DNA of 63,500 nucleotides, counting the filler, from Octopus bimaculoides (lineage: Eukaryota), in assembly GCF_001194135.2 (NCBI RefSeq). It is 5 parts of 5 records of this genome, joined end to end, with 100 filler letters (N's around TTAATTAATTAA, not from the genome) between each part and the next. Parts side by side here need not be neighbours in the genome. Positions count along the whole stretch, not along the records: positions 1 to 18,384 come from NC_068993.1; 4 more parts are not named here. One strand, written 5' to 3'. How positions within the stretch are numbered: position 1 is the first letter of the stretch; each line of letters begins with the position of its first letter. The notes beneath the pieces are model-generated. The model was given only the letters and a program-made list of their open reading frames with translations, was not told the origin of the DNA and did no database searches. Of this stretch, positions 1 to 13,119 are shown one piece after another. Position numbers and translations under genes: made by a program.

Positions 1-76
1 ACCCACTCACGCACCCACTCACGCACCCACTCACGCACCCACTCACGCACCCACTCACGCACCCACTCACGCACCC
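1..76. repeat. 12-bp tandem repeat (ACCCACTCACGC)n, about 6 copies, truncated by window start
   Basis: Directly visible perfect 12-mer periodicity. Confidence 0.95.
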
Positions 77-194
77 ATATGTACATTTCATATGCAATAA
101 GGTCTGCAAATCAAACGGAGGCCTCAAAAGACATTTCAAGATCCACAAAGATCAGAAGTTAACTGCAACTCTTGGTGGTCCAAATCAAATATGC

Positions 195-392
195 ACTGGT
201 GTTGGTGCCACGTACAAAGCACTCCGTACACTCTGTAAACTGGTTGGCGTCAGGAAGGGTATCCAGCCGTAAAAACCAAGCGAAAATAGACTATAGTACT
301 TGGTGTGGTCATTGGCCTTGCCATTTCCCGTCAAGCCATCCGATCCTTGGCAGCATGGCATTCGGACGTTAATTAATGATGATGATGATGAT
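195..392 (+). mobile_element. 3' part of a short interspersed repeat with (GAT)n tail (RTE-tail-like SINE)
   Basis: Shares tggttggcgt.aggaaggg.atccagc.gta and ...gcatgg...gacgtt..(gat)n with the copy at 33812-34100; followed by a (GGA)-rich simple repeat to about 490. Confidence 0.7.
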
Positions 393-1137
393 AAGTAGGA
401 GGACGAGGAGGAGGTGGAGGAGGAGGAGAGGAGGCGGAGTACGAGGACGAGGAGTACGAGGACGAGGAGTACGAGGACGAGGAGGACAAGAAAGAGGTCC
501 CTGTTTTGCAAATGATGCTAAAGATGATTCAATTTTGTTTAAAGAGTCATTTTTAACAGTCTTCTAAATACTAAACGGGATGATACATTTTGCATTTCGC
601 ATCTTTTTCAAGAATATATTTGTTTGAAAGACGAGGAAGAAGAGCTATTGACTTGTTTGAGAGATAAACGAGCTGATTAAGCTGATTATGTTCAAATCTA
701 GGAATCTGGTAATTCGAAGACTTTGATCATATGAACTGGTGTATTTGCAAATATATTACCGGTATATCTGCTGTGTGCAACAGAGAACAAAATTGTCACC
801 TGCATTCTGTTGACTTCCGAAAATGTTGTCCACATAGTACGAAATTAAATTATATATCGACACCAAGAACGTCCAAAAGAAATTAAAAAAGGTATAAGGG
901 AAGAATGTCGGTTCAGGGTCGCAAACTACGTGTGCTCTTTATTCATCTATCTAAACTTTCTTTCTCTTTCTAAGTGTGTGAGTGTGTGTGTATGTGTGTG
1001 CGTGTGTGTGTATGTGTGAATGTGTGTGTCACTAAGTGTGTGTGGCTGTGTTAGCTTATCATGCAGTACTTGACTCGATCATGTAATCATGTGCTACTAT
1101 GCAAGTGTCTTAGACATAGAGTCAAATCTGCGTCCGT

Positions 1138-1534
1138 AGGCGTAGGAGTAGATGTGTTGTAAGTAGCTTGCTTACGAACCATATGGTTCCGGGTTCAGTC
1201 CCACTGCGTGGCACCTTGGGCAAGTGTTTTCTACTATAGCCTCGGGCCGACCAAATCCTTGTGAGTGGATTTGGTAGACGGAGACTGAAAGAAACCCGTC
1301 GTATATATGTATATATATATATGTGTGTGTATATGTTTGTTTGTCTGTGTTTGGCCCCCAACATCGCTTGACAACCGATGCTGCTGTGTTTATGTCCCCG
1401 TAACTAGCGGTTCGGCAAAAGAGTCCAATAGAATAAGTACTAGGTTTAAAAAGAACAAGACCTGGGATCGATTTGCTCGACTAAAGGCGGTGCTCCAGCA
1501 TGGCTACAGTCAGATAACTGAAACAAATAAAAGA
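1138..1534 (+). mobile_element. tRNA-derived SINE, family 1 (bipartite, internal (TA)n(TG)n)
   Basis: tRNA-like head with B-box-like ggttcagtccc, core ggcaccttgggcaagtg, internal microsatellite, 3' gctccagcatgg...gaaac(a/t)aataaaaga; many homologous copies in the window. Confidence 0.9.
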
Positions 1535-4500
1535 GTGTCATGCATATTTAGGTATCATGAAATTCAGTAGCTTGTCTTGTCAGCAATCACCGCAACATAA
1601 TCGTTCTACAATATAAACCAAAATTAATTTCTTTGGGATTTCATATTTAAATAAACGATAAAAATTGTTGGCTATCATGTTTATTTCAAAAATATTAAGA
1701 TCGCTAGTTAAATTGAATTATAAGTTCACAAATTTTCAACACATGTATAATAATAAAACATCCAAATCGATATTTTTCATCTTTATGCTACCCTTAATTC
1801 GTACAGCTAGCAGGGAGTAAAAATAAATAAACGACAGAAAGACTAACAATTTTTTTCCAACTCTGAAGCATCTGATTCATTTTAGGAATATGTTTTCTGA
1901 AAATTCTTTACATTCTTCTTTTTATGTATGTCATGATTTTCCATTGTCAAATAGTTACAAGTAATATATCAATTTTTTTATGAAATAAAATAAAGATAAT
2001 CTAATTCAGAACTTCAAGAGGAGAACCGTTAAATAGCAGTAGAAAGTTCAAAAAGCAATTCAAAATAACATTAACATATAAAAACTCGGTTATTTTTCCT
2101 TTTCTTTATACTTCATATGAAATCCTATTTATGAAACGAACTCTTCAAAACTATGATGACACTTCATTCACTTCATAAACAATGTGAATATGTGAAACAT
2201 ACGAACTATAGCAAAGATTATGTCTATTAGTAAATATAATTCTCAACTGACCTGATGTAGTATTTCATGTTTTTGATGTACCTGGTTACGGTTAAACAGC
2301 GATGCTAAGTATGGATGGATATAAAATATTTATTGGACCCTTCAGAAATGATAACCAGATTTGAATTAAAATGGGAATTACAAAGACGAAGAGGATTAAA
2401 GCCAGAGTCTGTAATGTTTGGGGCGAAAGCGAAATTGTGGGAATAGAAAGGAAAAGAATAGGGTGCGTGAAGTGGGATTCCTATGTTCTTTGAGCTGTGA
2501 AAAACAATCTTCATAGGTGATTGCTTTATCTTTATTGGGAATATAAAATGTAAATCTGGTAAATCCAGGCGGATGTTTCATGTTAACTATGAACTGGGTA
2601 TATTTATAGAAAGAATCGTCGTTGCGGATGGACATAAGGTTTCAAGGAAGCGTAATAAACTGATTCTCATTTATTTAGAGGTGAATGCACAAAAGTGAAA
2701 GGGAAACTATTTCATGAGTTTGGCAACCATGTGACAATATTCATAATGTGTTCTCTTGTAAGATAAGTATTCGATATATGCAAAGTAAAATACCAAAGAT
2801 GTATTCTACGCCCAGATAGTCATAATGTACACTAATAGTATTTAAAAGGTAAAAAAGACAAAAAAACATTTCGAAATGGAAGTATTTATTTTTGACAGGT
2901 CAACAGAGTCTTACCAAACAGCATTGAAATGTTTTGGGGCTATGAAGGAATTTAAATGATGTAACTACATGTAACTACATGAATTCTCAGCAAATACAAG
3001 TTCATGCAAAGTAAAATTTCTCATGAGATTCAGTTTTACAAAATCTTCATGGAATAAAATGCAGTAAACATTTAGAAATAGTAAAACTTTCCGTATCTGC
3101 ACCAACAACTTCTGACTTGAATGGATGGAGAGAGGAGATGTAAAAAATATGTTTCCATTGTAGTAGGAGTTGTCAAATAGTTGCTAGTATTTCGGGGAGT
3201 TCTGAGAGCAACAGAAAGAAAAGATATAGAAAGGGAAATTAGTTAGTGTAACTGAAAATATTTATTACTAAGAGTGCACTCTCGAACCCACTCACATGAA
3301 GACGTGCAGATACATAGCTATTGTTGAATTATGTTAAATCAATAATGTGTATTATGAATGAAGCAATCATTAATTACCAACTGTGTTCTTATCTATATAT
3401 ATATACATCTATGTATGTGTACACATATGCATGTATTTGTGTATGGTATATGTATGAATATGTGCATGTTTATGCGTGTATATATACGCATGTGCATATA
3501 CATATGCTTGTATACATGTATGTGCATTCGTGTATATATGCACATGTGCATATATACATATACATGCATACATATTGTTGCTGCTACTAAATATTAATTT
3601 ATATATGTATATATTATTACTTATAATAATTTTTTCAATCATTATATAATGAGATTAATAAAAGAGTTTAATATAATAGATAAATAGGTGAGGTTGTATA
3701 TGATGTTGAATATAATAGTTTTTCAGTTATTATATAAGGTTAATTCCTGTAGAAGGGATTATTATATTAATTAAATAATTAATTAATTAATGCGACGTAA
3801 AGTGTCTAAGTTTCTATGAAGCATTACGTAGAATTATTGTGTAGTTATTATTCTTTAGTAATCTATTAACCATAAAGTAGAATACTTGCGTGCTGCTTTT
3901 GTGCTTTAGATGTCCAGTGACGTCATCAACATTTTTATATAAATATACACATTTTGTTTCGGTAAAATTAGCAATTTTTATTTTAGACTATTTTTATATG
4001 TAGATTTCAAAGTTTCATAAAAAATATGGAATTAGCATGGTATTTTTTACATTTTATTTTTATAAAGTAAATTAATTATTGAATGACGTTGATCTTGGTT
4101 GAATGAATGAATGTCTCAAGTTAACTTAGACTTGGCGTTGCTTCTTGCTAGGGCTTTTTAACAACAGAAATTGTTCAAACGGAATTAATATTCAAAGATT
4201 GAAATTATGTAACTACAGGTATATTACCCCAAGAATTTCATGTCCAGTCCTCGATTTTTCAAAGGTAGGTGGTGAACGGTCCGATCCGTATGCAGCTCCC
4301 TCTCGTATTTTGAACTATCCACGCAATCTCCCTGCTGTCTTCTGAAATCTCCTTTTTAACAGAAAGTAAACGTGATTACCTGCCTTGTTCGATAACCGGA
4401 AGTCAACGAGAATACCTGCTTCATCTCTGGCTCACTTCCTGTATGTATATATATACATACCTACGTCAATTCAATTCTGCAAAAAGGTTATTTGCACTGA

Positions 4501-5154
4501 TTATGAATATACATGACATTCTCCCCCTTAAAGGAAGAAAGTTGAACGCAGTGAAAATTTTCTTATTTACAATGACAAATTATGAGAACTGCATAAGGGA
4601 TACGAATACGTGTAACATCCTGTCACAATCAGCTGACTCGAGATAGTGCATCCGCAATGACATTGTCTTTACCTTTAATATGTTGAGATATATTGAGATT
4701 AAATTCTTGCATAGATATATTGAGATTAAATTCTTGCAAAGATAAACTCCATCTCATTCATCTCCGATTTTTGTTCTTCATCTTGTACAGAAGAGTCAGC
4801 GGATTGTGTTCGGTGCACAATTCAATGGGATACTTTGTGGTTCCCAAATATGCGTGAAAATGTCGTAATGACAATAACAAAGCAAGGGTTTCTTTCTCAA
4901 TGTTTGAATAACTTCACTGGTGTTTGTCAAATTTCGTTGAGTAATAACAAACAGGATGATAAACATGTATGTATATATATATTGATAGAAAAGACAACAA
5001 AAAAAAAACAAAAACAAAGAGAATACGATATTATATAAATAGAGGAATTTATCTGTAAAAACATGTGATAATGATTTGGTAACCATGATAAAACTCTAAA
5101 TCATAACATATGTTAATAATATTCTATTTAATATCGAGGTCTCATTCTTTTGTT

Positions 5155-5275
<121 letters not shown>

Positions 5276-5680
5276 ATTCAGTAGTTTTATTTTCATAACG
5301 TGCTTTCACTTCATTACCGAGCGCAGCTCTGTGTGCCTTGGGTGTGTGCTGTGGTTTACTGTGATGCTCTTATGATTACTGCATTGAAAGTGTTTTGCGT
5401 AGGATGTGTGCAGTGCCCAATAGTGCAATTTTCTGTATGTTATATATATTTGTAAGTCCTGGTAATTTTTGTTATGTATTTGTCTGAATATTTTTTATTA
5501 TACCTAAGGCACCTACTATGATAGGAATTGTTTCTATTTTTAGATTCCACATTCGAGTTACCTCTATTTTCAGGTCTTTGTATTTTGAAAGTTTCTCCAT
5601 TTCTTTTAGGGAAACGTTGTCATCTGCTGGTATTGATACATCAATTAGAAAGCATTTTTTCCCGTCTATCGGCCTTAATT
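5276..5680 (-). mobile_element. R4/Dong-like non-LTR retrotransposon 3' fragment (REL endonuclease C-terminus and 3' UTR), cut by a gap
   Basis: Minus frame reads CFLIDVSIPADDNVSLKEMEKLSKYKDLKIEVTRMWNLKIETIPIIVGALG...IALLGTAHILRKTLSMQ* (stop 5376-5378), typical of REL PD-(D/E)xK domain C-termini; (AAT)n tail. Confidence 0.85.
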
Positions 5681-6670
5681 NNNNNNNNNNNNNNNNNNNN
5701 NNNNNNNNNNNNNNNNNNNNNNNNNNNNNNNNNNNNNNNNNNNNNNNNNNNNNNNNNNNNNNNNNNNNNNNNNNNNNNNNNNNNNNNNNNNNNNNNNNNN
5801 NNNNNNNNNNNNNNNNNNNNNNNNNNNNNNNNNNNNNNNNNNNNNNNNNNNNNNNNNNNNNNNNNNNNNNNNNNNNNNNNNNNNNNNNNNNNNNNNNNNN
5901 NNNNNNNNNNNNNNNNNNNNNNNNNNNNNNNNNNNNNNNNNNNNNNNNNNNNNNNNNNNNNNNNNNNNNNNNNNNNNNNNNNNNNNNNNNNNNNNNNNNN
6001 NNNNNNNNNNNNNNNNNNNNNNNNNNNNNNNNNNNNNNNNNNNNNNNNNNNNNNNNNNNNNNNNNNNNNNNNNNNNNNNNNNNNNNNNNNNNNNNNNNNN
6101 NNNNNNNNNNNNNNNNNNNNNNNNNNNNNNNNNNNNNNNNNNNNNNNNNNNNNNNNNNNNNNNNNNNNNNNNNNNNNNNNNNNNNNNNNNNNNNNNNNNN
6201 NNNNNNNNNNNNNNNNNNNNNNNNNNNNNNNNNNNNNNNNNNNNNNNNNNNNNNNNNNNNNNNNNNNNNNNNNNNNNNNNNNNNNNNNNNNNNNNNNNNN
6301 NNNNNNNNNNNNNNNNNNNNNNNNNNNNNNNNNNNNNNNNNNNNNNNNNNNNNNNNNNNNNNNNNNNNNNNNNNNNNNNNNNNNNNNNNNNNNNNNNNNN
6401 NNNNNNNNNNNNNNNNNNNNNNNNNNNNNNNNNNNNNNNNNNNNNNNNNNNNNNNNNNNNNNNNNNNNNNNNNNNNNNNNNNNNNNNNNNNNNNNNNNNN
6501 NNNNNNNNNNNNNNNNNNNNNNNNNNNNNNNNNNNNNNNNNNNNNNNNNNNNNNNNNNNNNNNNNNNNNNNNNNNNNNNNNNNNNNNNNNNNNNNNNNNN
6601 NNNNNNNNNNNNNNNNNNNNNNNNNNNNNNNNNNNNNNNNNNNNNNNNNNNNNNNNNNNNNNNNNNNNNN

Positions 6671-6719
<49 letters not shown>

Positions 6720-6954
6720 GAATAAGCATGTGCTTCAAGAGAAAACAGGTGAGATTTATCTTAACTACGCAACACACACAAACACAAACAACCGAACAAA
6801 CTCTCTCGCACATACACACGCACAAATAGTTAATTCAAATAAAGAAACAGTTCAAATAATCGAGTTAGAAAAATGAATAAAACAACGAAAAAAAAAACAG
6901 GAGCGTTAAGATGTGAACAAAAAATGTATTAACTTGACGCTTGGTGAGATGAGA

Positions 6955-6990
6955 GAGTTTGACGTTTCGAGCATAGCTCTTCGTGGGAAA
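6955..6990 (-). ncRNA. Degenerate minimal hammerhead-like motif from a PLE-type terminal repeat
   Basis: Minus strand CCCACGA-A-GAGC tat GCTC-GAAACGTC: helix II and GAAAC-GTC intact, first core box mutated, helix I not evident. Confidence 0.4.
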
Positions 6991-7059
6991 GGAAAAAGAT
7001 AGAAAAGAAATCACCTTATATTTATCTATATTTATCTATATTTGTGTGTGTCTGTGTGA

Positions 7060-7345
7060 GGCTTATTGGTTGGAGTGTTGCACTCTCGATCAAGCAATCG
7101 TTATTTCAATTCCTAGACAGAATGGAGCGTTGTGTTCTTGAGCAAAATACCTCACCTCATGTTGCTGTGCGATGACTTCGACACCTGACGCGTGGTACAC
7201 AGTGCACCTGTTCAGACAATGTCGATTTCATGGAGGGAGGAAGCTAATATGAGGCACATACGTTTGATCACTATAAATAAATCGTTTATGCTGGTCGTTC
7301 GGCAAGAATCTGAATGCTCATACATCGTCTTTGCAGGGATAATCC
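7060..7345 (+). mobile_element. Degenerate tRNA-derived SINE (family 4-like)
   Basis: Degenerate tRNA-like head followed by gttgtgttcttgagcaaaa; homologous to 32040-32310. Confidence 0.6.
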
Positions 7346-7348
7346 ATA

Positions 7349-7416
<68 letters not shown>

Positions 7417-8092
7417 NNNNNNNNNNNNNNNNNNNNNNNNNNNNNNNNNNNNNNNNNNNNNNNNNNNNNNNNNNNNNNNNNNNNNNNNNNNNNNNNNNNN
7501 NNNNNNNNNNNNNNNNNNNNNNNNNNNNNNNNNNNNNNNNNNNNNNNNNNNNNNNNNNNNNNNNNNNNNNNNNNNNNNNNNNNNNNNNNNNNNNNNNNNN
7601 NNNNNNNNNNNNNNNNNNNNNNNNNNNNNNNNNNNNNNNNNNNNNNNNNNNNNNNNNNNNNNNNNNNNNNNNNNNNNNNNNNNNNNNNNNNNNNNNNNNN
7701 NNNNNNNNNNNNNNNNNNNNNNNNNNNNNNNNNNNNNNNNNNNNNNNNNNNNNNNNNNNNNNNNNNNNNNNNNNNNNNNNNNNNNNNNNNNNNNNNNNNN
7801 NNNNNNNNNNNNNNNNNNNNNNNNNNNNNNNNNNNNNNNNNNNNNNNNNNNNNNNNNNNNNNNNNNNNNNNNNNNNNNNNNNNNNNNNNNNNNNNNNNNN
7901 NNNNNNNNNNNNNNNNNNNNNNNNNNNNNNNNNNNNNNNNNNNNNNNNNNNNNNNNNNNNNNNNNNNNNNNNNNNNNNNNNNNNNNNNNNNNNNNNNNNN
8001 NNNNNNNNNNNNNNNNNNNNNNNNNNNNNNNNNNNNNNNNNNNNNNNNNNNNNNNNNNNNNNNNNNNNNNNNNNAGAGAGAGAGAGAGAGAG

Positions 8093-8128
<36 letters not shown>

Positions 8129-8534
8129 TGTTTGTGTGTGTGAGAGAGAGAGATTACATACAGGCTATCTATAGTCAACATGACCTGTTTCGAACCTCTA
8201 GCTTTTGAAACGACCTTCAACAAACGTCCAGATAACTGACGAAACCTAAACAATGATGTAATATTGTTTGAAAGAGAAAGAATAAAACAGTGGAGGAGAG
8301 AGAGCAGCAACCACGACAGATTCCGGCATCCACATGTGACCAATGCAATTTCCTGTAATACGTGTGGTTGGAACACGTTAGCCACATTCACCACTGGCGT
8401 TAATGATCCAAATATTCGTCCAGAAGAAATCCAACCTTGGATTCGCAATCTGAGCCGAGGTCAACAACGTGGATAATATATTTACACATATGTATGCATT
8501 TGTGTATATGTATATACCCATGTGTATATATCCT

Positions 8535-8750
8535 CGTGTTTGAGTTTGTCCCTCTTTACCGCTTGACGAACGGTATGGATTTGTTTATGACGACATAACT
8601 GAACGTTCGGCAAATGAGTTTGATAGAATAAGTACCGCACTTAAAAAGAAATAAGTATTGAACCCAGTTTGTTTGGATAAATCTTTTAAGGTAGTGCCCT
8701 TGCATGGCCGCTCTCTAGTAAAGGAGACAAATAGAAGATAAAGAAATAGA
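8535..8750 (+). mobile_element. SINE family 1, 3' half only, degenerate
   Basis: gcttgac.aacgg...gttcggcaaa...gatagaataagtacc...gcatggccgc matches the 3' half of 1138-1534. Confidence 0.7.
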
Positions 8751-8777
8751 AGGAAAGCAGCATCTGTGAAAACATAA

Positions 8778-8806
8778 TTGTGGTGGTTGTGGTGGTGATG
8801 TTCATG

Positions 8807-8904
<98 letters not shown>

Positions 8905-8937
8905 GGTGGTGGTGGTGGTGGTGGTGGTGGTTTTGGT
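8778..8937. repeat. Compound (GTG)n/(GTA)n microsatellite
   Basis: Directly visible; explains the poly-T/poly-V/poly-L ORFs. Confidence 0.95.
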
Positions 8938-11275
8938 GATGAAATTAGCTTTCTTTGAAATGTCATTAGCACGCAATCACTTTCTAGGAAAATACACAAA
9001 TTTATATTCTGAGAACATTTAAATAATTGAATTTTGTTCAGAAGTAGTGTATTCTACTGCAAGATAAAAAGAGTAAGAAAAATATCGTATATTTTCAAAG
9101 TACACTCAATGCCTGCAGTCGATGTCTCACATTTTTGGAATTAAAAGTTAACTATGTAAAGCACTGTAGATGTCATTCGGAAACAAAGAAGTATATCACA
9201 ATCACAGTATAAGGATGAAAGAAGCGACTGATTAGTTTTGAATAGCGGTAGGTTTCTATCGAATACTTTCAAATGTTCTGGAGTTAAAATTAACTATGTA
9301 ACACTGTATCATGTCTATATACTATAAAATTCGTTTAAAATGAAGTGGAAATGTTATTAGTTGAGGGCAAAATATTTTTTGAACAACTTACAAATGTAGA
9401 ACGAATTTTGACATTTTTAATATTTATGAAATAATTCAGAAGCAACTTTAGAATTTTCTTCTGAGTTATTTCCTTTAAGATTGCAAAGGGGTTGACTTCA
9501 TAATACTGATGCAATGACTTAGACTATTATATTTCTCATACTCGTTGAAAGTTATGCTAGAATAAAAAAAAAACTCTAGGATTCTGCAGCCGCATTTATT
9601 ATTCTAGTCTACTTTCTTTCCGGGCAATGCCTCTATTATTATAATTAATTGTTTACCTTTCTAATTTAAAAATGATACTATTGCAAATATTTTTTTAAAA
9701 TACACATTGTGTTCCAGCTTGGAAATTTTGCTGGTACCTAAAAATAGCAAAGGATTAATAATATCATACTTCTTACAAATAAATATATTTTAAACATATT
9801 TTAAATAAAAATTATGCTATATTATAAGTTTATCAATAATTTGTTTTGATATGTGTGAACGGAACTGAAAGAAACGTTACTAGGATTTCACTATTGTGTA
9901 TAGAACAACCGCAACTCTGAATCGCGCTAAGTACCACTTCGCTAAACGACTCACGACGACAGACAATCTTTTTCTTAATGCTAAATATTTAAAAATGACA
10001 GTAATATACTGATTTCTTAAAATAATCACCGTTTTTCTTTATCACTTAAAGTCACACGACTTTTTTAGCTGATATTTTGGACGAGGTTTTTATTATAAGA
10101 TTTATCGTATAGAGCTCTTGCATTTGAACATGATAGTCCTATAGTTTTAATTTACAATAACTGAGATATATTGGTTCAAATTCAATTTTGGGGTTTACTT
10201 ATTTTCTTTTCTTCACTTCCGGACACACTCCTTTTTCTAGCTAATACTTTTTAATATGGTTTTCACTAAATATTATTAAAATCCAATTACTGAATAATTT
10301 TCTGTTAATATAACTAAAATATTTTGATACTAAGTCAATTTTATGCTTTACTCTAACCGAACATTTATTTTAATGAACCAAATTTCCATTATTTTTGTCA
10401 AAATATAGCTTAGGATGGGATCATCATTGCTAAAACAGACGAATTATTTTTGTCTGAGAAAAGAAATAGTGATGAACCCAAGAATTTCACGCGAGTAGCT
10501 TAAAGTTAATCCTAAGAATACATTCATACACAGCCGAGGGTGAATTTCCAACATGTTACTAGTTGTGGTTCAGTACTGGGTTAGGACTATAAAGCAGGCC
10601 TTCTATTCAAAAAATCGTAATCACTTGTATGTAGTTTTTATAAGACTTACACATTTTAAGTATAAAAACATGGAGCAATTTGAAAACAGTTTACATGTTC
10701 TGTATGACAGGCGGAGACGGCATGAAAAGGCTACATTATCAACTCAATTATTTTCAGTTTATTGGTGGTTTACAGGTAAATAATAACAGACAATGTGACA
10801 ATAAGTAGTAGGTACACTAATTCACATGTATACCTGTCATAAAAATTCAAACATTAGATATTTACAGCCAATGGTAGAAACATGAACGAAAAATGAATAA
10901 CTGTTATAGAGTCAAACATAAATTAGTTCACAAGAAAGTGTTAAATATCAGCATCACATGCCCACGTCGCACTGTGTTGATGTATACGGTCATTAATATA
11001 TAACTGATGTCAAAAGCGAGTATTTAAAGTTCAGAGTTTGAAATGTGTCTATTATAACTGAACTACCTGGGGAGTGTATAATTCTATATAAAGAACTTCA
11101 GGGTGAAGTGCATTTTCTACTTTGTGTGGAAGGTGACTTCCCCTAGAGCTGTGAGTTTGAATGTGAATGAATATAAATGGAATTAAAACTAAACTTTGGC
11201 ATCTATATGAGACTCACCCCTAAAAATAATACTTATATAGCATACATTATATCATATACACAAGTAAGTAACTGC

Positions 11276-11334
<59 letters not shown>

Positions 11335-12623
11335 TAAATGCATGTATGTAAGCATATATGTATGTATGCATGTATGTATACGTGGGTCTTCTTGTATGTA
11401 TGTATAAATACAATACATTATTTATTGATACGGTTTTAAGTTGATATCTTGAAAGTATTATATTGAAGCTACTATTCCATTCACAATTTTTCTGATATAT
11501 GTTATTATGGATAAAATATTCAAAATATTTTGCATATTATATTCTAAGCCTGCCATAATCTAGCACATCGCCATGAAACATCGGATTACTTATACTTCTA
11601 TTAAAACTACTAATGGTTTCATGGCTACTACTCTTAGTCACAGGTTCATAAAAGTGTCTCAATTTTGTTGCAATCTCTAACTTTTCTCAATAAAACACAC
11701 GAAATGCAATAACAGTTTTTCAAAATAAAGCTTACACTGTAGGAGAGTAAACGATTAACGTTGTTTTTTCTAGATTAAAATTTCTTTATAACACTTATGT
11801 CGCTTTTTGTGATATGTATGTATATTGAAACACTTCACTAATATTATGAATTTCATTACACTTCAGGAAATATAAATAAATACACACCCTATACACACGT
11901 ATACACAAAAAAACAGTGCCCTTCACACACACAGTTCTATATGTGAGTATGTATTTGTGTGCTTCTATCTTGAAATAAAAGAAAGTGCAATAAATACGTT
12001 GCGAGCTGCCAGAGTCGCTAGCGCGCTAGGCAAAATACTTATCAGTTCTGTGTTCACAGTTCAGTCTCCTCGTTGATTGGATTTGCCTTTTTCAGTCTCT
12101 CGAGACAGCGAAAACAAGCACCATGTGTGACCCCTCCCCGAAAATCGATGGCCTTGTACCAACATTTCACAACGGACGTGTTGCGTGGTGTTTATTTCTT
12201 TAGACGAACAATCGTTTACACAGATGTCTATCATATTGTCTCTCACAAACAAGTATAAAAAATGTAAAACGCTTATCCGACATTTCAGCTGTTCTCCATG
12301 AGACTAAATTCTGGTTATGATTCCCAAAGTAGTTTTTATCAGTTGGTGTTAAAATTACTTAACATTAGTCAAAAGAGGACAAGCGACTTAATATGTTTGC
12401 TGATTATTGATATGAGAAACTTCAGAGTAGTAATAGGATGCTGGAGAGGAAAATCGGTTAAGAACTTCTTCCAGTGACATTGGTGCCTAATTAGTTGCTC
12501 CTTTTTATTTTGATCGTTAATTAGTGCCAGGTGAATTTAATGCACCTAATTCCCCTAAATCTACAGAATTATAAGAAGTGGTATTCGCCATCTTCATTTT
12601 TAATTTTGTATTTGGTATATAAT

Positions 12624-12823
12624 AAATAGAGATATTAATATTTCTAAATCTTTCTAAAGGAGACTACGGCAGCGGTACTGGATATTAATACTTATCACCA
12701 AGCCAACATGGCGATGGCCTCTTGGAGCTAATCAACGGCAGCATTTGTCCTATTTTTCGGACTGCCAGTACCGCTGCCGTAGTCTCCTTTGGAGAGATTT
12801 AGAAATATTAATATCTCTATTTT
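12624..12823. repeat. Inverted repeat with about 58-bp arms (12624-12681 / 12765-12823)
   Basis: aaatagagatattaatatttctaaatct..c.aaaggagactacggcagcggtactgg versus its reverse complement, about 2 mismatches. Confidence 0.9.
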
Positions 12824-12910
12824 TGAAAACCAGTGGATGTTTTCCACTGAATTTAGGTAAATAATCCTTCGTACAGATGGTCAGTAGCCACGTCTGCTGG
12901 GTTCGGCTGC

Positions 12911-12952
12911 TCTACGTTGATAAGGGGCAATACTCCGAAACTAGTCTGTAGA
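12911..12952 (+). ncRNA. Type I hammerhead ribozyme, U3:A8 core variant
   Basis: TCTACG-TTGATAA-GGGG caata CTCC-GAAAC TA GT-C-TGTAGA: 6-bp helix I, 4-bp helix II, palindromic ACTAGT helix III, GUC site at 12946. Confidence 0.7.
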
Positions 12953-13119
12953 TGACAGACCAGCAAGGGGAAGCGGCTGACCTCCCCTGTTCGAAGGTTA
13001 TAATGGATACAGGTTCGTGTGTCACATAGCTAGCTAGAGGCGATGGCCTCTTGGAGCTAATCAACGGCAGCATTCGTCCCATTTTTTGGACTGCCATATT
13101 AGCTTGGCGATAACTATTA

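Noticed and set aside
2140-2215. ATGATGA...GAAACATACG hammerhead-like string
   Set aside because: C3 missing, no NUH site, helix I needs indels.
2305-2640. Two overlapping minus-strand ORFs as a retroelement remnant
   Set aside because: No diagnostic motif recognised.
3340-3575. Cys/Tyr/His-rich ORFs from an alternating purine-pyrimidine tract
   Set aside because: Degenerate (TA/TG/CA)n cryptic microsatellite, ubiquitous in this genome.
4684-4738. Short tandem duplications (26 bp here; about 28 bp at 50587-50640; about 22 bp at 51991-52030)
   Set aside because: Ordinary slippage duplications with no further structure.
5518-8448. Long ORFs of 240-450 aa (also at 22562-23961 and 60724-61298)
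   Set aside because: Consist almost entirely of translated N gaps.
12275-12345. Minus-strand CTGATAA...GAAATGTC motif
   Set aside because: C3:A8 mismatch; helices I and II not formable.
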